NCBI GenBank assembly: GCA_003558085.1
Contig: PWMT01000175.1
Span: 1 to 38,063 of the forward strand
Direction of reading: 5' to 3'
DNA length: 38,063 bases
From: Methanobacteriaceae archaeon
Lineage (GTDB): Archaea; Methanobacteriota; Methanobacteria; Methanobacteriales; Methanobacteriaceae
This document shows positions 10,633 through 21,000 of this stretch, one piece after another; the stretch's first letter is position 1; each line of letters begins with the position of its first letter. Under the pieces are notes generated by a model. It was not told the origin of the DNA. It saw only the letters and a list, made by a program, of their open reading frames with translations, and did no database searches. A program made the translations under genes and the position numbers.

Positions 10633-11310
10633 ATGGTCCAAAATGCTTTAAAAGCCTTAAAAAATGGAGAAATAGTTTTAGTTTTTGATAATGAAAACCG
10701 TGAACGAGAAACCGACATGATAATAGCTGCTGAATTTATGACCCCCCAACACATGACCACCATTAGAAATGATGCGGGTGGACTGGTTTGTGCTCCTATA
10801 TCTGCAGAAAATTCCTTTAAATTAGGAATACCTTTTATGACCGATATAATGGAGACTGCAATTGATAAATATCCAGTATTAGGGGAATTATCTCCCACAG
10901 ACATACCTTATGATGAAAAATCTGCTTTCTCAATCACTATTAATCATCGAGAAACCTTTACTGGGATTACCGATAATGATCGGGCCTTCACTATTCGAGA
11001 ATTGGCTTGGTTATGTAAAAATGAAAAACAAGGCGATTTAGGCAAATATTTCCGCGCTCCAGGGCATGTAACCCTTTTAAAAGCTTCTGAGGGAAATGTA
11101 CTTAAAAGAAAAGGGCACACCGAAATGAGCATTGCCCTTATGGAGATGGCTGGACTTACAGAAGTAGCAGTTTGTTGTGAAATGATGGATGATGAAAATG
11201 GTGAATCTCTAAATACTGAGCACGCGGAAAACTATGCTAAAGAAAATAATTTGATTTTTCTAAGTGGGGATGAAGTTATAGAAGCTTACAAAGAATTTGT
11301 AAGTGATTAA
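10633..11310 (+). CDS. ribB: 3,4-dihydroxy-2-butanone-4-phosphate synthase
   Basis: DNENRERETD, FSITINHRETFTGITDNDR, FRAPGHV, RKGHTE, CCEMM. Confidence 0.96.
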   Translation: MVQNALKALKNGEIVLVFDNENRERETDMIIAAEFMTPQHMTTIRNDAGGLVCAPISAENSFKLGIPFMTDIMETAIDKYPVLGELSPTDIPYDEKSAFSITINHRETFTGITDNDRAFTIRELAWLCKNEKQGDLGKYFRAPGHVTLLKASEGNVLKRKGHTEMSIALMEMAGLTEVAVCCEMMDDENGESLNTEHAENYAKENNLIFLSGDEVIEAYKEFVSD

Positions 11311-11431
11311 TTTTAATTATACTCGTTATAATAATTAGATACATCCCATAAAGCTGGAAAATAAAATTTTTTTAAAATATGTCAAAATTACATATTAAAA
11401 TCTTCAAAAACCATTCAAGGAGGCTGAGACC

Positions 11432-12160
11432 ATGGAAAGGATTGCAACTGGAATAAGTGGATTGGACAAATCTTTGGGAGGATTTCCCCAAGGAAGATCT
11501 GTACTTATAACCGGAGATGCGGGTTGTGGTAAAACTATCTTAGGATTAAGATTTGCTATAAGTAGCTGTGAAAATGGTTACAAAACTGTTTATATTACTG
11601 CAGAAGAAGATTCCCATGATTTGCATATGCAGGCTAATTCATTTGGATGGGACACTCAGGAATTAGAAGAAAAGGGATTGCTTACTTTTATTGAATTGAC
11701 TAGAATAAAGGTTAAAATTACTGAAGCAGAAATAAGCATGGAAATGGATCCTATTAAAGGAAATTTTTATAAAATTCTGGAAGATATACCTTCTGGAACG
11801 GAAGTAGTAGTAATAGACAGTCTAGGAGGATATACTGCTAAATTAACACCATACGAGTTTCGTAACCAGTTTGATCTTTTAGTTTATGAATTGAAGCAAA
11901 GAGGTATAACCTCTCTATTGATCATGGATTCTTCCACGTCTTTGGAATTCAATGAAGTCGCTCTTTTCTCAGTTTATGGTGCTATAAATTTAAGTCGTCG
12001 AGAAAACCCTTATACTGGACGGAGAGAAAGAGTTATGGATATTATTAAAATGAGAAATACTAGAACTCCTACTCAATTTTTAGCCTATGATATCCAAGAT
12101 AAGGGTATAGAAATAATAAATGGAGAAGAAATAGATGATATAGATACTGATTTAAATTAA
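11432..12160 (+). CDS. Single-domain KaiC/RAD55-family ATPase
   Basis: TGISGLD..LGGFP, Walker A GDAGCGKT, Walker B VVIDS, IIKMRNT; GGAGG RBS. Confidence 0.9.
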   Translation: MERIATGISGLDKSLGGFPQGRSVLITGDAGCGKTILGLRFAISSCENGYKTVYITAEEDSHDLHMQANSFGWDTQELEEKGLLTFIELTRIKVKITEAEISMEMDPIKGNFYKILEDIPSGTEVVVIDSLGGYTAKLTPYEFRNQFDLLVYELKQRGITSLLIMDSSTSLEFNEVALFSVYGAINLSRRENPYTGRRERVMDIIKMRNTRTPTQFLAYDIQDKGIEIINGEEIDDIDTDLN

Positions 12161-12192
12161 TATGGCCTGCTATATTTTGGTTTAAATTTGAT

Positions 12193-13734
12193 TTATTTTA
12201 TTTGAAACAATTCTTCTAAATTATCCCTAGTCATATAGTGGCTAAATAACGGGTTTTCCGCCATCATTAATATTTGATTCAAATTCAAATGATTTTTTAT
12301 GGTTTTCTGTGCAGAAATACAGAAATCTTCTAATTTGATTTGTACTTCTGGAGTGGAACTCCTTGCTTTTAGATTAATCTTGGGTATACCCATTACCCTA
12401 GCAACACTGGTTTCTTTTTTAATATATTGGCTTGCTTTCTGGAAAATTTCCTGATCATATACACGATTAAGAATTACCGCGGGAATATTCAATTGCATTT
12501 TACGCAAAATCTTAATATGGGCCACTAAATCAACTGCAGCAGTTTCTATACCTCCTTTATTACAACCAGACACCAAAATAATAGGTATATTGGCGGCGGA
12601 AGCGATTTCTGCCCCAGAATAGGGAATTTTTTCGTTTAATATGCCGGTAAGTATACCCATAACCCCTTCAATGATCACTAAGTCAAATTTATTGCGTTTT
12701 AGATACTCTAAAACTAGTTCTAGCTCCATCCAGCCAAGATCACCAATTTTTATTGATGCATATTGCTCCATTTTCCCTTTAGTTAAATATAGGGCGGGTA
12801 CTATATCCCTAACATCAGGACCTATTTTTAGTATAGCTACCTTTAAGCCATTTTCATGAAAATTACCGGCTAAACCAGTAGAAATAAAGGTTTTACCCGA
12901 ATCAGATCCTGTGCTGGCTATAATTATTGTAGGGGGAATTAGTTTCGGATCTTTTTTTTGAAGTTTGGCTTGATTGGATTTCCAATTGTTAAATATCCCT
13001 GAAGATTCTTTGACTTTAATGCCGGTATTAATACCTACTTCTTTTTTTATTTTTTTAAGTAGAATCCTATTAAATTCATTTATACGGGATTTTTGTTTTT
13101 CATCAGCACCTAAAAAATTTAAGATATTATCTATTAACTCTGGATTTTCATCAAGGCTTCCGTGGAGCATAGTTCCTACTACATTACCTTCCTGATTTTT
13201 AACACCGGCTAGAATTTCACGAGGATTTTCAGAATAATCTGTGCGTTTAATCTTAGATTTTAATATTGGTTTAGCTTCACCTTCTATATGACCATAGGTA
13301 TGGCAATGAAATCCGGTGATAAAATCCCCTAATAAACCCTTAGTCAGGAATGATTCGCCAACTACCTGGGCATTCACTCTATCATTACTGATCATAGGAT
13401 AAAAATTAACATCTAAAATTCCCAAACCCCTTTTTATTATGGGACACGGCGAACGGCGGCCCAAATCTGTTTCATTTGCTAAAACTTGAAATCCAGAACA
13501 AATGCCTAGAATAAATTTGCCTTCCCTATTCATTAAATGGATTTCTTCTTGTAAATCCTGGCTTAGGCTAGCTGATTCAACTATAGTTCCACCAGGGATT
13601 ATTAATCCATCTAAAATTTTATGAGCTTTAAAACCCTCCACCATACCATTATTTCTAACTATATGGGTTGGAAGAAATCCAAAGTCTTCAAAAGCAGGGA
13701 CAGCGCCTTCAACATATACTAAACCGATTTTCAT
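12193..13734 (-). CDS. CobQ/CobB-like glutamine amidotransferase plus P-loop synthetase (GATase domain N-terminal)
   Basis: N-terminal LIIPGG, GICSGFQVL (nucleophile Cys) and GTMLHG; C-terminal STGSDSGKT, IIEGVMG and VILNRV. Confidence 0.8.
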   Translation of the reverse strand: MKIGLVYVEGAVPAFEDFGFLPTHIVRNNGMVEGFKAHKILDGLIIPGGTIVESASLSQDLQEEIHLMNREGKFILGICSGFQVLANETDLGRRSPCPIIKRGLGILDVNFYPMISNDRVNAQVVGESFLTKGLLGDFITGFHCHTYGHIEGEAKPILKSKIKRTDYSENPREILAGVKNQEGNVVGTMLHGSLDENPELIDNILNFLGADEKQKSRINEFNRILLKKIKKEVGINTGIKVKESSGIFNNWKSNQAKLQKKDPKLIPPTIIIASTGSDSGKTFISTGLAGNFHENGLKVAILKIGPDVRDIVPALYLTKGKMEQYASIKIGDLGWMELELVLEYLKRNKFDLVIIEGVMGILTGILNEKIPYSGAEIASAANIPIILVSGCNKGGIETAAVDLVAHIKILRKMQLNIPAVILNRVYDQEIFQKASQYIKKETSVARVMGIPKINLKARSSTPEVQIKLEDFCISAQKTIKNHLNLNQILMMAENPLFSHYMTRDNLEELFQIK

Positions 13735-13824
13735 GATTTTCCTTTATAATTTTCTTTGGAATTACTAGAAATTTATCATTGATTAGAAAAAAATCTCAGG
13801 AGAATTCCCTAAAATGATCTACTT

Positions 13825-15210
13825 TCAACTTTTATTAAAATTTTCATAGGCAGCCATGGCCTTAATAATCTTTTCTTCTTCTAATGGTTTGGCTTGTAAT
13901 TGTAAGCCCACGGGGATTTTTTTGAATTCCCCTGCTTTTAAACTGCAAGCGGGTATGCCTGATAAATTAGCACTAACTGTTAATAAATCATAAGCATACA
14001 TATCTAATGGTTCAAGTACAGTTCCAATCTTGTGGGGTAACTTGGGTACGGTGGGGCCAATTAGTAAATCCACATCTTTTAATAGATTATTAATCTCCTT
14101 TTTAATCAAAGAACGTGCTTGAAGGGCTTTTTTATAATATTTTCCACTGAATTCTTTTTGAGATATATAAGATCCCATAAAAATTCTGCGTAATACTTCC
14201 TCGCCACAATTATCTTCTATTTTGAAACCATATTTTCGGCCATCATATTTGCGGGTAGCAGAAAAAAACTCAACAAAGGTTATCAGATAAAAAGTAGCTA
14301 AGCATAAATCCATATAATCAAAACTTAATTCAACTACTTCTGCCCCCATCTCCTTCATTTTATCAAGGGAATTTTCAATTATCTTCACTATATGATCATC
14401 ACTTGCCTCTTGAAATTGCTTTACCACCCCTAACTTTACTCCTCTGAGTGACTGTCCTGCATTTTCACTTACCATAGAGCTGAAACTAGGCACCTCCCAT
14501 TTCAGTGAAGTACAATCATAAAGATCTTCTCCAGCCATAGTTTCAAGTAAGAGTGCAATTCCTGAACTATCAGAAGCAAATGGGCCGATTTGATCCAGGC
14601 TCATAGCTAAATCAAGTAGTCCTTGCCGTGAAACTGCACCGTAAGTTGGTTTAAAACCTATTATACCACAGTGGGAAGCTGGGTTACGAATAGAACCGCC
14701 AGTATCAGATCCAACAGCCAAGTCACACATACCTGCTGCAATAGCTGCTGCACTACCCCCACTTGAACCTCCAGGAATATGCCCTGGAGCAGCAGGGTTA
14801 TGGGTGGGACCATAATAAGAGCTTTCAGTAGAGCTCCCTGCAGCAAATTCGTCCATATTAGTCATTCCAATTATTATACCGTCTTCTTTTTTAATTTTCT
14901 GTATAACGGTTGCATCATAACTGCCTAAATAATTTTTCAAGGTTTTTGAAGCAGCTGAGATTGTGAAATCTTCCACGCTTATATTACTTTTGATTCCAAT
15001 AACCATTCCAGCTAATTTTCCAACCTTTTGCCCATTTTTTATACGTTGATCGATTTCTAGAGCTTTTTCTCGAGCCTGTTCCTCATGGACTTCTAGGAAA
15101 GCATTAATATTTTTATTTTTCTGATTAATTATTGTGCTAAATCGTTCTAAATTCTCACTAGCAGAGAGTTCCTGATTCTTTATCAATTCTGTTTTTTCCA
15201 GAATATTCAT
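13825..15210 (-). CDS. gatA: Asp/Glu-tRNA amidotransferase subunit A
   Basis: Amidase signature: [50 protein letters not shown]. Confidence 0.95.
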   Translation of the reverse strand: MNILEKTELIKNQELSASENLERFSTIINQKNKNINAFLEVHEEQAREKALEIDQRIKNGQKVGKLAGMVIGIKSNISVEDFTISAASKTLKNYLGSYDATVIQKIKKEDGIIIGMTNMDEFAAGSSTESSYYGPTHNPAAPGHIPGGSSGGSAAAIAAGMCDLAVGSDTGGSIRNPASHCGIIGFKPTYGAVSRQGLLDLAMSLDQIGPFASDSSGIALLLETMAGEDLYDCTSLKWEVPSFSSMVSENAGQSLRGVKLGVVKQFQEASDDHIVKIIENSLDKMKEMGAEVVELSFDYMDLCLATFYLITFVEFFSATRKYDGRKYGFKIEDNCGEEVLRRIFMGSYISQKEFSGKYYKKALQARSLIKKEINNLLKDVDLLIGPTVPKLPHKIGTVLEPLDMYAYDLLTVSANLSGIPACSLKAGEFKKIPVGLQLQAKPLEEEKIIKAMAAYENFNKS

Positions 15211-15455
15211 AGTAACACCTGATAAATCTTCACAGTAAATTTAAAGGTAGTAAAACTCAAATAGGGTTTCTTAGGCCCCCATATATCCAAATAATATCTT
15301 ATACTTTAATAGCAAATACTCTACTTTCAACATTAATTTACTCTTGAACTTATAATATAATTCTTATAATAAGTAGATTAATATTATGGCAATATAGTAC
15401 CAAGATAAGTAAAGCTCTAGGATAAGTAACTAGATCCAGTTAGGATAGAGATATA

Positions 15456-16160
15456 ATGAAAGTAGGTAAAAATATCATATTTAAAGTTTTTCTAATTTCC
15501 TTACTCCTAGTTCCTTTGTTTTTTCTTGAAGATTTTTACCATCATTTTTATACTTATTTAACCAGTAATATCATCACCTTAGTAGTTACTGAGCAATGGA
15601 AAGTAGTAATTTTTTTTATTTTTATATTTATGGCATTTTTAATTCCTTTATCCTATCGGAGAAAATCTGAATGGTTGGAGTATGGTCTAGTTACCGCCTT
15701 TTTTGTGTCTTTATTTGTTGAAATGTATGGAATACCCTTAACTATTTTATTAGCATCTAAATAATTTTTTGTACCTGGCACTGAACTACCCCCTAATATT
15801 TTCGAATTTAGTTTTTTGGGGGTTAAGCTGGGAATGGATTTAGCCATGTTATATGGTTCTATATTGATTATAGTGGGATCCATGCTAATACTGATTAGCT
15901 GGATTACTCTATATCGGAATTCTAAAGAAAATAAAATAGTAAATAAAGGTATTTATGCTTACAGTCGTCATCCTCAGTATTTAGGATTTATTATATTAAT
16001 AGTTGGTTGGTTTTATGGATGGCCCACCCCTTTAACCTTATTATTTGCGCCTATTTTGATCTATAAATATGTAAAAGTATCCCATAAGGAAGAAAAAGAA
16101 TTAATACAGAAACATCCTGAATATAGACAATATAAGGATCAGGTGCCTTTTATGTTTTAA
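15456..16160 (+). pseudogene. Isoprenylcysteine carboxyl methyltransferase / PEMT-family membrane protein interrupted by one in-frame TAA (15762-15764)
   Basis: ORFs 15456-15764 and 15816-16160 share a frame; the intervening codons are open (ASK*FFVPGTELPPNIFEFSFLGVKLG); family motif GIYAYSRHPQYLG and EEKEL..HPEYRQYK.VP. Confidence 0.82.
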
Positions 16161-16262
16161 TTTTAAATTCAGCTTTAAATCAGTATAATTTAAATTTAAT
16201 GTTTTTTAAAAACAATAAAAAAAGCATATTTCAAGTTATATCAAGAAAAGGAATGATGGAGC

Positions 16263-17255
16263 ATGGCAGATACTATCATACTAAACAAATCAGAAATAAA
16301 AGAATTAATAGATATAAAAAGAGTGATCCGGGATGTAGAAATTGCCTACGCAGAAGATGCTAAAGGTAAAGTTCAAATGCCGCCCAAAGATTACTTATTT
16401 TTTAATAAGTATAAAGGTGATATTAGGGTAATGCCCTGTTTTCTAGAAGAAACTGAAAAAGCAGGGGTTAAAATAGTTAACGTTCACCCTGATAATCCCC
16501 AAAAACATGGACTCCCTACTGTAATGGCTGTTATTGAATTGTTAGATCCTAAAACAGGATTTCCGATAGCCATAATGGATGGAACTTGGATAACAGATAT
16601 TCGTACAGGTGCTGCAGGAGGAGTGGCTACTAAATATTTATTTAGAGATAATTCAGAAACTATAGGTATTGTTGGAGCTGGAAAGCAAGCCGTCACTCAA
16701 TTTTTAGCTTTAAATGAGATAATGGATATTGGTGAAGTTCAAGTTTTCTGCCGTACTTGTTCAGCTCGGGAAGAATTTGCTATAAAAATGACTGAAAAAT
16801 ATGATATACCTGTTATAGCTGTGGATAGTATCCAAGAAGCCGTTCAAAATAAAGATGTAGTAGTTACAGCTACACCATCAGCAGATCCTATCATTAAAAA
16901 AGATTGGATATCTCCGGGAACCCATATTAATGCTATGGGAGCGGATGCTCCTGGAAAACAAGAATTAGACCCTCAAATTTTGCCAGAATCTAGCATATTC
17001 ATTGATTCTTGGGATCAGGCCGGACATAGTGGTGAGATTAATGTTCCTTTATCCCAAGGCATAATACAAAAACCAGATGTTAAAGGCCAAATAGGAGATG
17101 TTATCCTAGGTAATATAGCAGGACGAACGTCAGATGAAGAGATTACTATTTTTGACTCTACTGGATTGGCTGTACAAGATATCATCACTGCCTGGTCAGT
17201 ATATGAACAGGCAAAATCCAAAGGAAAGAGTCGTGTAATTAATTTATTAAAATAA
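16263..17255 (+). CDS. ala: Archaeal alanine dehydrogenase (ornithine cyclodeaminase / mu-crystallin family)
   Basis: GDIRVMP, GVKIVNVHPDN, TDIRTGAAGG, IVGAGKQA, HINAMGADAPGKQE, FDSTGLAVQD. Confidence 0.88.
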   Translation: MADTIILNKSEIKELIDIKRVIRDVEIAYAEDAKGKVQMPPKDYLFFNKYKGDIRVMPCFLEETEKAGVKIVNVHPDNPQKHGLPTVMAVIELLDPKTGFPIAIMDGTWITDIRTGAAGGVATKYLFRDNSETIGIVGAGKQAVTQFLALNEIMDIGEVQVFCRTCSAREEFAIKMTEKYDIPVIAVDSIQEAVQNKDVVVTATPSADPIIKKDWISPGTHINAMGADAPGKQELDPQILPESSIFIDSWDQAGHSGEINVPLSQGIIQKPDVKGQIGDVILGNIAGRTSDEEITIFDSTGLAVQDIITAWSVYEQAKSKGKSRVINLLK

Positions 17256-17540
17256 TTCTTTATCTTTTAGAACATTGTTTTCATTAAGATAATCTAAAAA
17301 TTAGTTTAATAGATACTTTTTTTTGAATAATTGAAAGTATTAAAACTTAGCAAAGCTAAAAAAATAATATTAAATCTAAAAGAAAAGGTCTTTTCAATCA
17401 AGAGCTTCTATATTAATAACTACATATTTAAAACCTTGTTTTATAAAATATTAAATATAAATTAAACTAAATTGTTTTCTAAATAAATACTAAAGCAATA
17501 ATATGAAGATTTAATTGAAATTCAATTTATTTGTGATTTT

Positions 17541-18182
17541 ATGATTGAATTACTTTTATTTGTAGTAACTTCTTTCTTAGTGGGACTATCCGGAGCATTA
17601 GCTCCCGGGCCAATGTTAACAGTTACTATTTCCGATTCCATTGAAAAAGGTTTTATCGCAGGTCCCTTAATTATCTCCGGCCATATTATAACTGAAATAG
17701 TCCTTATCCTTTTTTTATTTGCTGGTATAGGCTGGTTAATAGATTCTATTTTAACAGGGATAATTATTGGTATTATAGGGGGATTAATATTGATTTTGAT
17801 GGGTTTACAAATGTTTAGGAGTAGAATAGGTTCTAGTAATAAAAAAGTTAAAAGAAGCTACAAGTCAAAATACCGTTCCATTCTAGATGGGATGTTAACC
17901 AGTTTAGCTAATCCATATTTTTTTATATGGTGGGCTACTATTGGCGCTGCTTTTTTATTTAAAGGAATCGCAATAGCAGGTTTTTTAGGAATATTAGGGT
18001 TTCTTATAGGACACTGGTCTGCTGATATAGCATGGTACGGTACTGTTTCATTTTTAACATCACGAGGATCTAATCTAATGACTCCTCGCTCCCATGAATA
18101 TATTTTAAAAGTTTGTGGCAGTTTTTTAATAGTAACTGGTACATATTTTATCATTAGCACCCTTAATATAACTCTTCATTGA
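17541..18182 (+). CDS. LysE-family translocator
   Basis: GLSGALAPGP, GHIITE, ANPYFFIWW; hydrophobic, about 6 TM. Confidence 0.88.
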   Translation: MIELLLFVVTSFLVGLSGALAPGPMLTVTISDSIEKGFIAGPLIISGHIITEIVLILFLFAGIGWLIDSILTGIIIGIIGGLILILMGLQMFRSRIGSSNKKVKRSYKSKYRSILDGMLTSLANPYFFIWWATIGAAFLFKGIAIAGFLGILGFLIGHWSADIAWYGTVSFLTSRGSNLMTPRSHEYILKVCGSFLIVTGTYFIISTLNITLH

Positions 18183-18260
18183 CTGATTCTACATATTATC
18201 TTAAATGTTAACGCACATATTACAAGTAAACCTATAATTTTTAAAGGGAGGGATCAATTT

Positions 18261-19061
18261 ATGTATATGAAGAAGAAAGCAGTAGTATTTGATAACTCCG
18301 GGACTCTTACCAGAAGAGATAGGGTTTTAAAAGATATTAAAACTGGGAAACTATATGATCATTTGAATTCACTAGAAGTTATATACTATTCTCCTAATTC
18401 GGTACTGGTAGTTTTACAAACCGATCCTGCCAAGTGTTTAGTGAATGCCAAGCCTTACCAGACCATATATCAATTCATCATGCGGAATAATATAGATTTT
18501 GATATTAGCTATTCTAATGAATTAGTAAGCAAAGAAGAAATTTTAGAGGCGTTGAAGAATGATCAGAGCGTTATTAAAGATGTGCAAGAGACTATAAATG
18601 CCCTTGTAGAAAAAAGTTATGATGTGGAAATATGTAGTGGATCTGGTTTTATAATTGATATATCCCAAGGCAAAGTTGAATATACCATTAGTTCTGGAGG
18701 TAAAATATTTCCAGAAGTAAAATCAGTCATAGCATATTTAAAAAACAAAGGTATTGATATTTATATTGCCTCTGGAGATCGTAAAGGATCTTTGCAACAA
18801 CTGGCCAAATACTTAACTATATCCCTTAAAAATGTGTTTCCCACTGCCCATGCTAACCAGAAAAGAGAGATTGTAAAAGAACTTAAAAATAAATATAAAG
18901 TTATGATGGTTGGAAATAGTATAAACGATGCAATGGCATTAGAAGAAGCAGACTTAGGGGTTCTAACTACCCAACAAAAAGAAAATCTTCCCATTGAGGT
19001 TTTTGAGGCCGCAGACATAGTGATTAAAAATATAAAAGAAATTAAGGATATAGACTTTTAA
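18261..19061 (+). CDS. Soluble HAD-family hydrolase (P-type ATPase catalytic-domain-like)
   Basis: VFDNSGTL, IASGDR, K, MVGNSINDAMALEEAD; no TM segments. Confidence 0.82.
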   Translation: MYMKKKAVVFDNSGTLTRRDRVLKDIKTGKLYDHLNSLEVIYYSPNSVLVVLQTDPAKCLVNAKPYQTIYQFIMRNNIDFDISYSNELVSKEEILEALKNDQSVIKDVQETINALVEKSYDVEICSGSGFIIDISQGKVEYTISSGGKIFPEVKSVIAYLKNKGIDIYIASGDRKGSLQQLAKYLTISLKNVFPTAHANQKREIVKELKNKYKVMMVGNSINDAMALEEADLGVLTTQQKENLPIEVFEAADIVIKNIKEIKDIDF

Positions 19062-19094
19062 ATTTATAAAATTTACACAGTTAAATAAATATTT

Positions 19095-19315
19095 TAAATA
19101 TTTTCTTTATTCCCTTCTTTTAGAGCATTAATCGAATTCATTTTTTTTCATCATTAATCCAGATTTTAACTTCTCTCCAAACAACATTGCACTTTTCATT
19201 ACTATTTTGGCCGATTAAATGGCGAATAGCTAAATCAACATTCTTTCTTTCTTACTATGGGTTTCTATTCCTGCCTCTCTAACATGAATTTCATATGTTT
19301 TAAATAGCAGTTCAT
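19095..19315 (-). pseudogene. Frameshifted small (about 65-75 aa) conserved hypothetical gene; 3' end approximate
   Basis: GGGGTG RBS then ATG at 19315; successive frames give MNCYLKHMKFMLE / AGIETHSKKER / VDLAIRHLIGQNSNEKCNVVWREVKIWINDEKK. From memory this matches small MxCYxxHM...AGI...D.AI...C..VW.EVK proteins. Confidence 0.6.
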
Positions 19316-19527
19316 ACACCCCGCCCCCATTAATTACTAATTAAGGTGTAGGGTTTAAATGAAGTACTTATCCTTAATAAAAAGAGTTATGTTAAAGCTT
19401 AGTTTAAGTCTTACAATTATCATAATTAGTTAAAGGAGTTATACTGGGCCTAATATTTTTTAGTCAAAATATATAAATGAAATCTAAGATATTATATAGT
19501 TGATTAATCGATAATGTAGGTAATTTA

Positions 19528-20976
19528 ATGAGTCGTCCTCTGGAATTGAGTATCATTCAATTAAATGATAGTCATGGTTACCTGGAACTACATCCCGAAC
19601 TATTTTGGAAAGGGAATAAAATAAATCATGCGATGGTGGGGGGTTATCCCCGTATATCAAGTATAGTTAAGGAAATAAGGAATGATAACCCTGGTAAAGT
19701 CATGTTTTTTGATGGTGGGGATACCATTCATGGAACCTATCCCGCCATCAAAAAAGAAGGTTTTTCACTGGTACCTCTTTTAAATGAACTTGATTTTAAT
19801 GCGATGACCGCCCACTGGGAATTTGCTTATGGTCCTAAAAATTTTGAAAAATTGGTTAAAAAACTTCACTATCCCATGCTGGCCATTAACTGTTATCGGA
19901 AGAAAAATAATAAGCTACTATTTCCCCCTTATACCATCCTAGAAGTTAATCATTTAAGAATTGGGATAGTGGGAATCGCAGCCACCATAGTGGACAAAGT
20001 AATGCCAGCTAAATTTAGTGAAGGTATTTATTTTACATTGGGTAATGATGAATTAAGCCATTATGTGACCCAGCTTAAAAATGAAGAAAAAGTAGACTTG
20101 ATAATAGTTCTCTCTCACCTTGGTTTTCCTCAGGATATGAAACTAGCACAAGAAATAAATAATATTGATATTATATTAAGCTCCCATACTCATAATCGCA
20201 TTTATAGGCCTTTATTAACCAATAATACTATTGTGATTCAATCAGGATGTCATGGATCCTTTTTAGGTCGTTTAGATCTAGAATTAACAGTAACAGGCAT
20301 TAAAAAATTTTCTCACAAATTAATAACTGTGTTTGAACATATTAAACCAGATCCCCCCATGGAGGAAATGGTAAACCAGGTTATGGACCCTTATCGAGAA
20401 TATTTAAATACGGTTGTAGGTCAAACAAGTACTTCTCTTAATAGAAATACCGTATTAGAATCCACTACAGATAATTTTTTGTTACAAAGTATTTTAGATG
20501 CTTTTCCAGCAGAAATGGCATTTTCTAATGGTTGGAGATATGGAGCTCCTATCCCACCAGGACCTGTAACTATGAATGATTTATGGAATATAATACCAGT
20601 TAACCCTTTAGTAGTACGGGTTAAACTAACCGGAAGAGAACTTTGGACTATGATGGAAGAAAATTTAGAGCGAACATTTTCTAGAAATCCTTATAATCAG
20701 ATGGGAGGATATGTGAAACGTTGCATGGGCATTAATACTTATTGCAAAATAGAAAATCCCTATGGATATCGGATCCAAGAAATTTTTGTCCAGGGAAAAA
20801 AATTGGAACCAGATAAAATTTATGATGCAGTATACCTTACTAGTCAGGGTGTTCCTTCAGAATATGGTAGAGAACACTCTTCAACTAATAAAAGAGCTAT
20901 TGAAGTACTAGAGAACTATTTAGAACGTTCAAAAATAATTGAAGCTCCATTGGTAGGTAGCATAGTAGCCATTTAA
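19528..20976 (+). CDS. SoxB-like calcineurin-type dimetal hydrolase (5'-nucleotidase superfamily), no signal peptide
   Basis: NDSHG, DGGDT, MTAHWEF, LSHLG, SHTH metal motifs; C-terminal SNGWRYG and FSRNPYNQMGG. Confidence 0.85.
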   Translation: MSRPLELSIIQLNDSHGYLELHPELFWKGNKINHAMVGGYPRISSIVKEIRNDNPGKVMFFDGGDTIHGTYPAIKKEGFSLVPLLNELDFNAMTAHWEFAYGPKNFEKLVKKLHYPMLAINCYRKKNNKLLFPPYTILEVNHLRIGIVGIAATIVDKVMPAKFSEGIYFTLGNDELSHYVTQLKNEEKVDLIIVLSHLGFPQDMKLAQEINNIDIILSSHTHNRIYRPLLTNNTIVIQSGCHGSFLGRLDLELTVTGIKKFSHKLITVFEHIKPDPPMEEMVNQVMDPYREYLNTVVGQTSTSLNRNTVLESTTDNFLLQSILDAFPAEMAFSNGWRYGAPIPPGPVTMNDLWNIIPVNPLVVRVKLTGRELWTMMEENLERTFSRNPYNQMGGYVKRCMGINTYCKIENPYGYRIQEIFVQGKKLEPDKIYDAVYLTSQGVPSEYGREHSSTNKRAIEVLENYLERSKIIEAPLVGSIVAI

Positions 20977-21000
20977 TAAATTAAGTTTAAGGTGTGAATA

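Noticed and set aside
15762-15764. In-frame stop as selenocysteine or pyrrolysine recoding
   Set aside because: The codon is TAA, not TGA or TAG.
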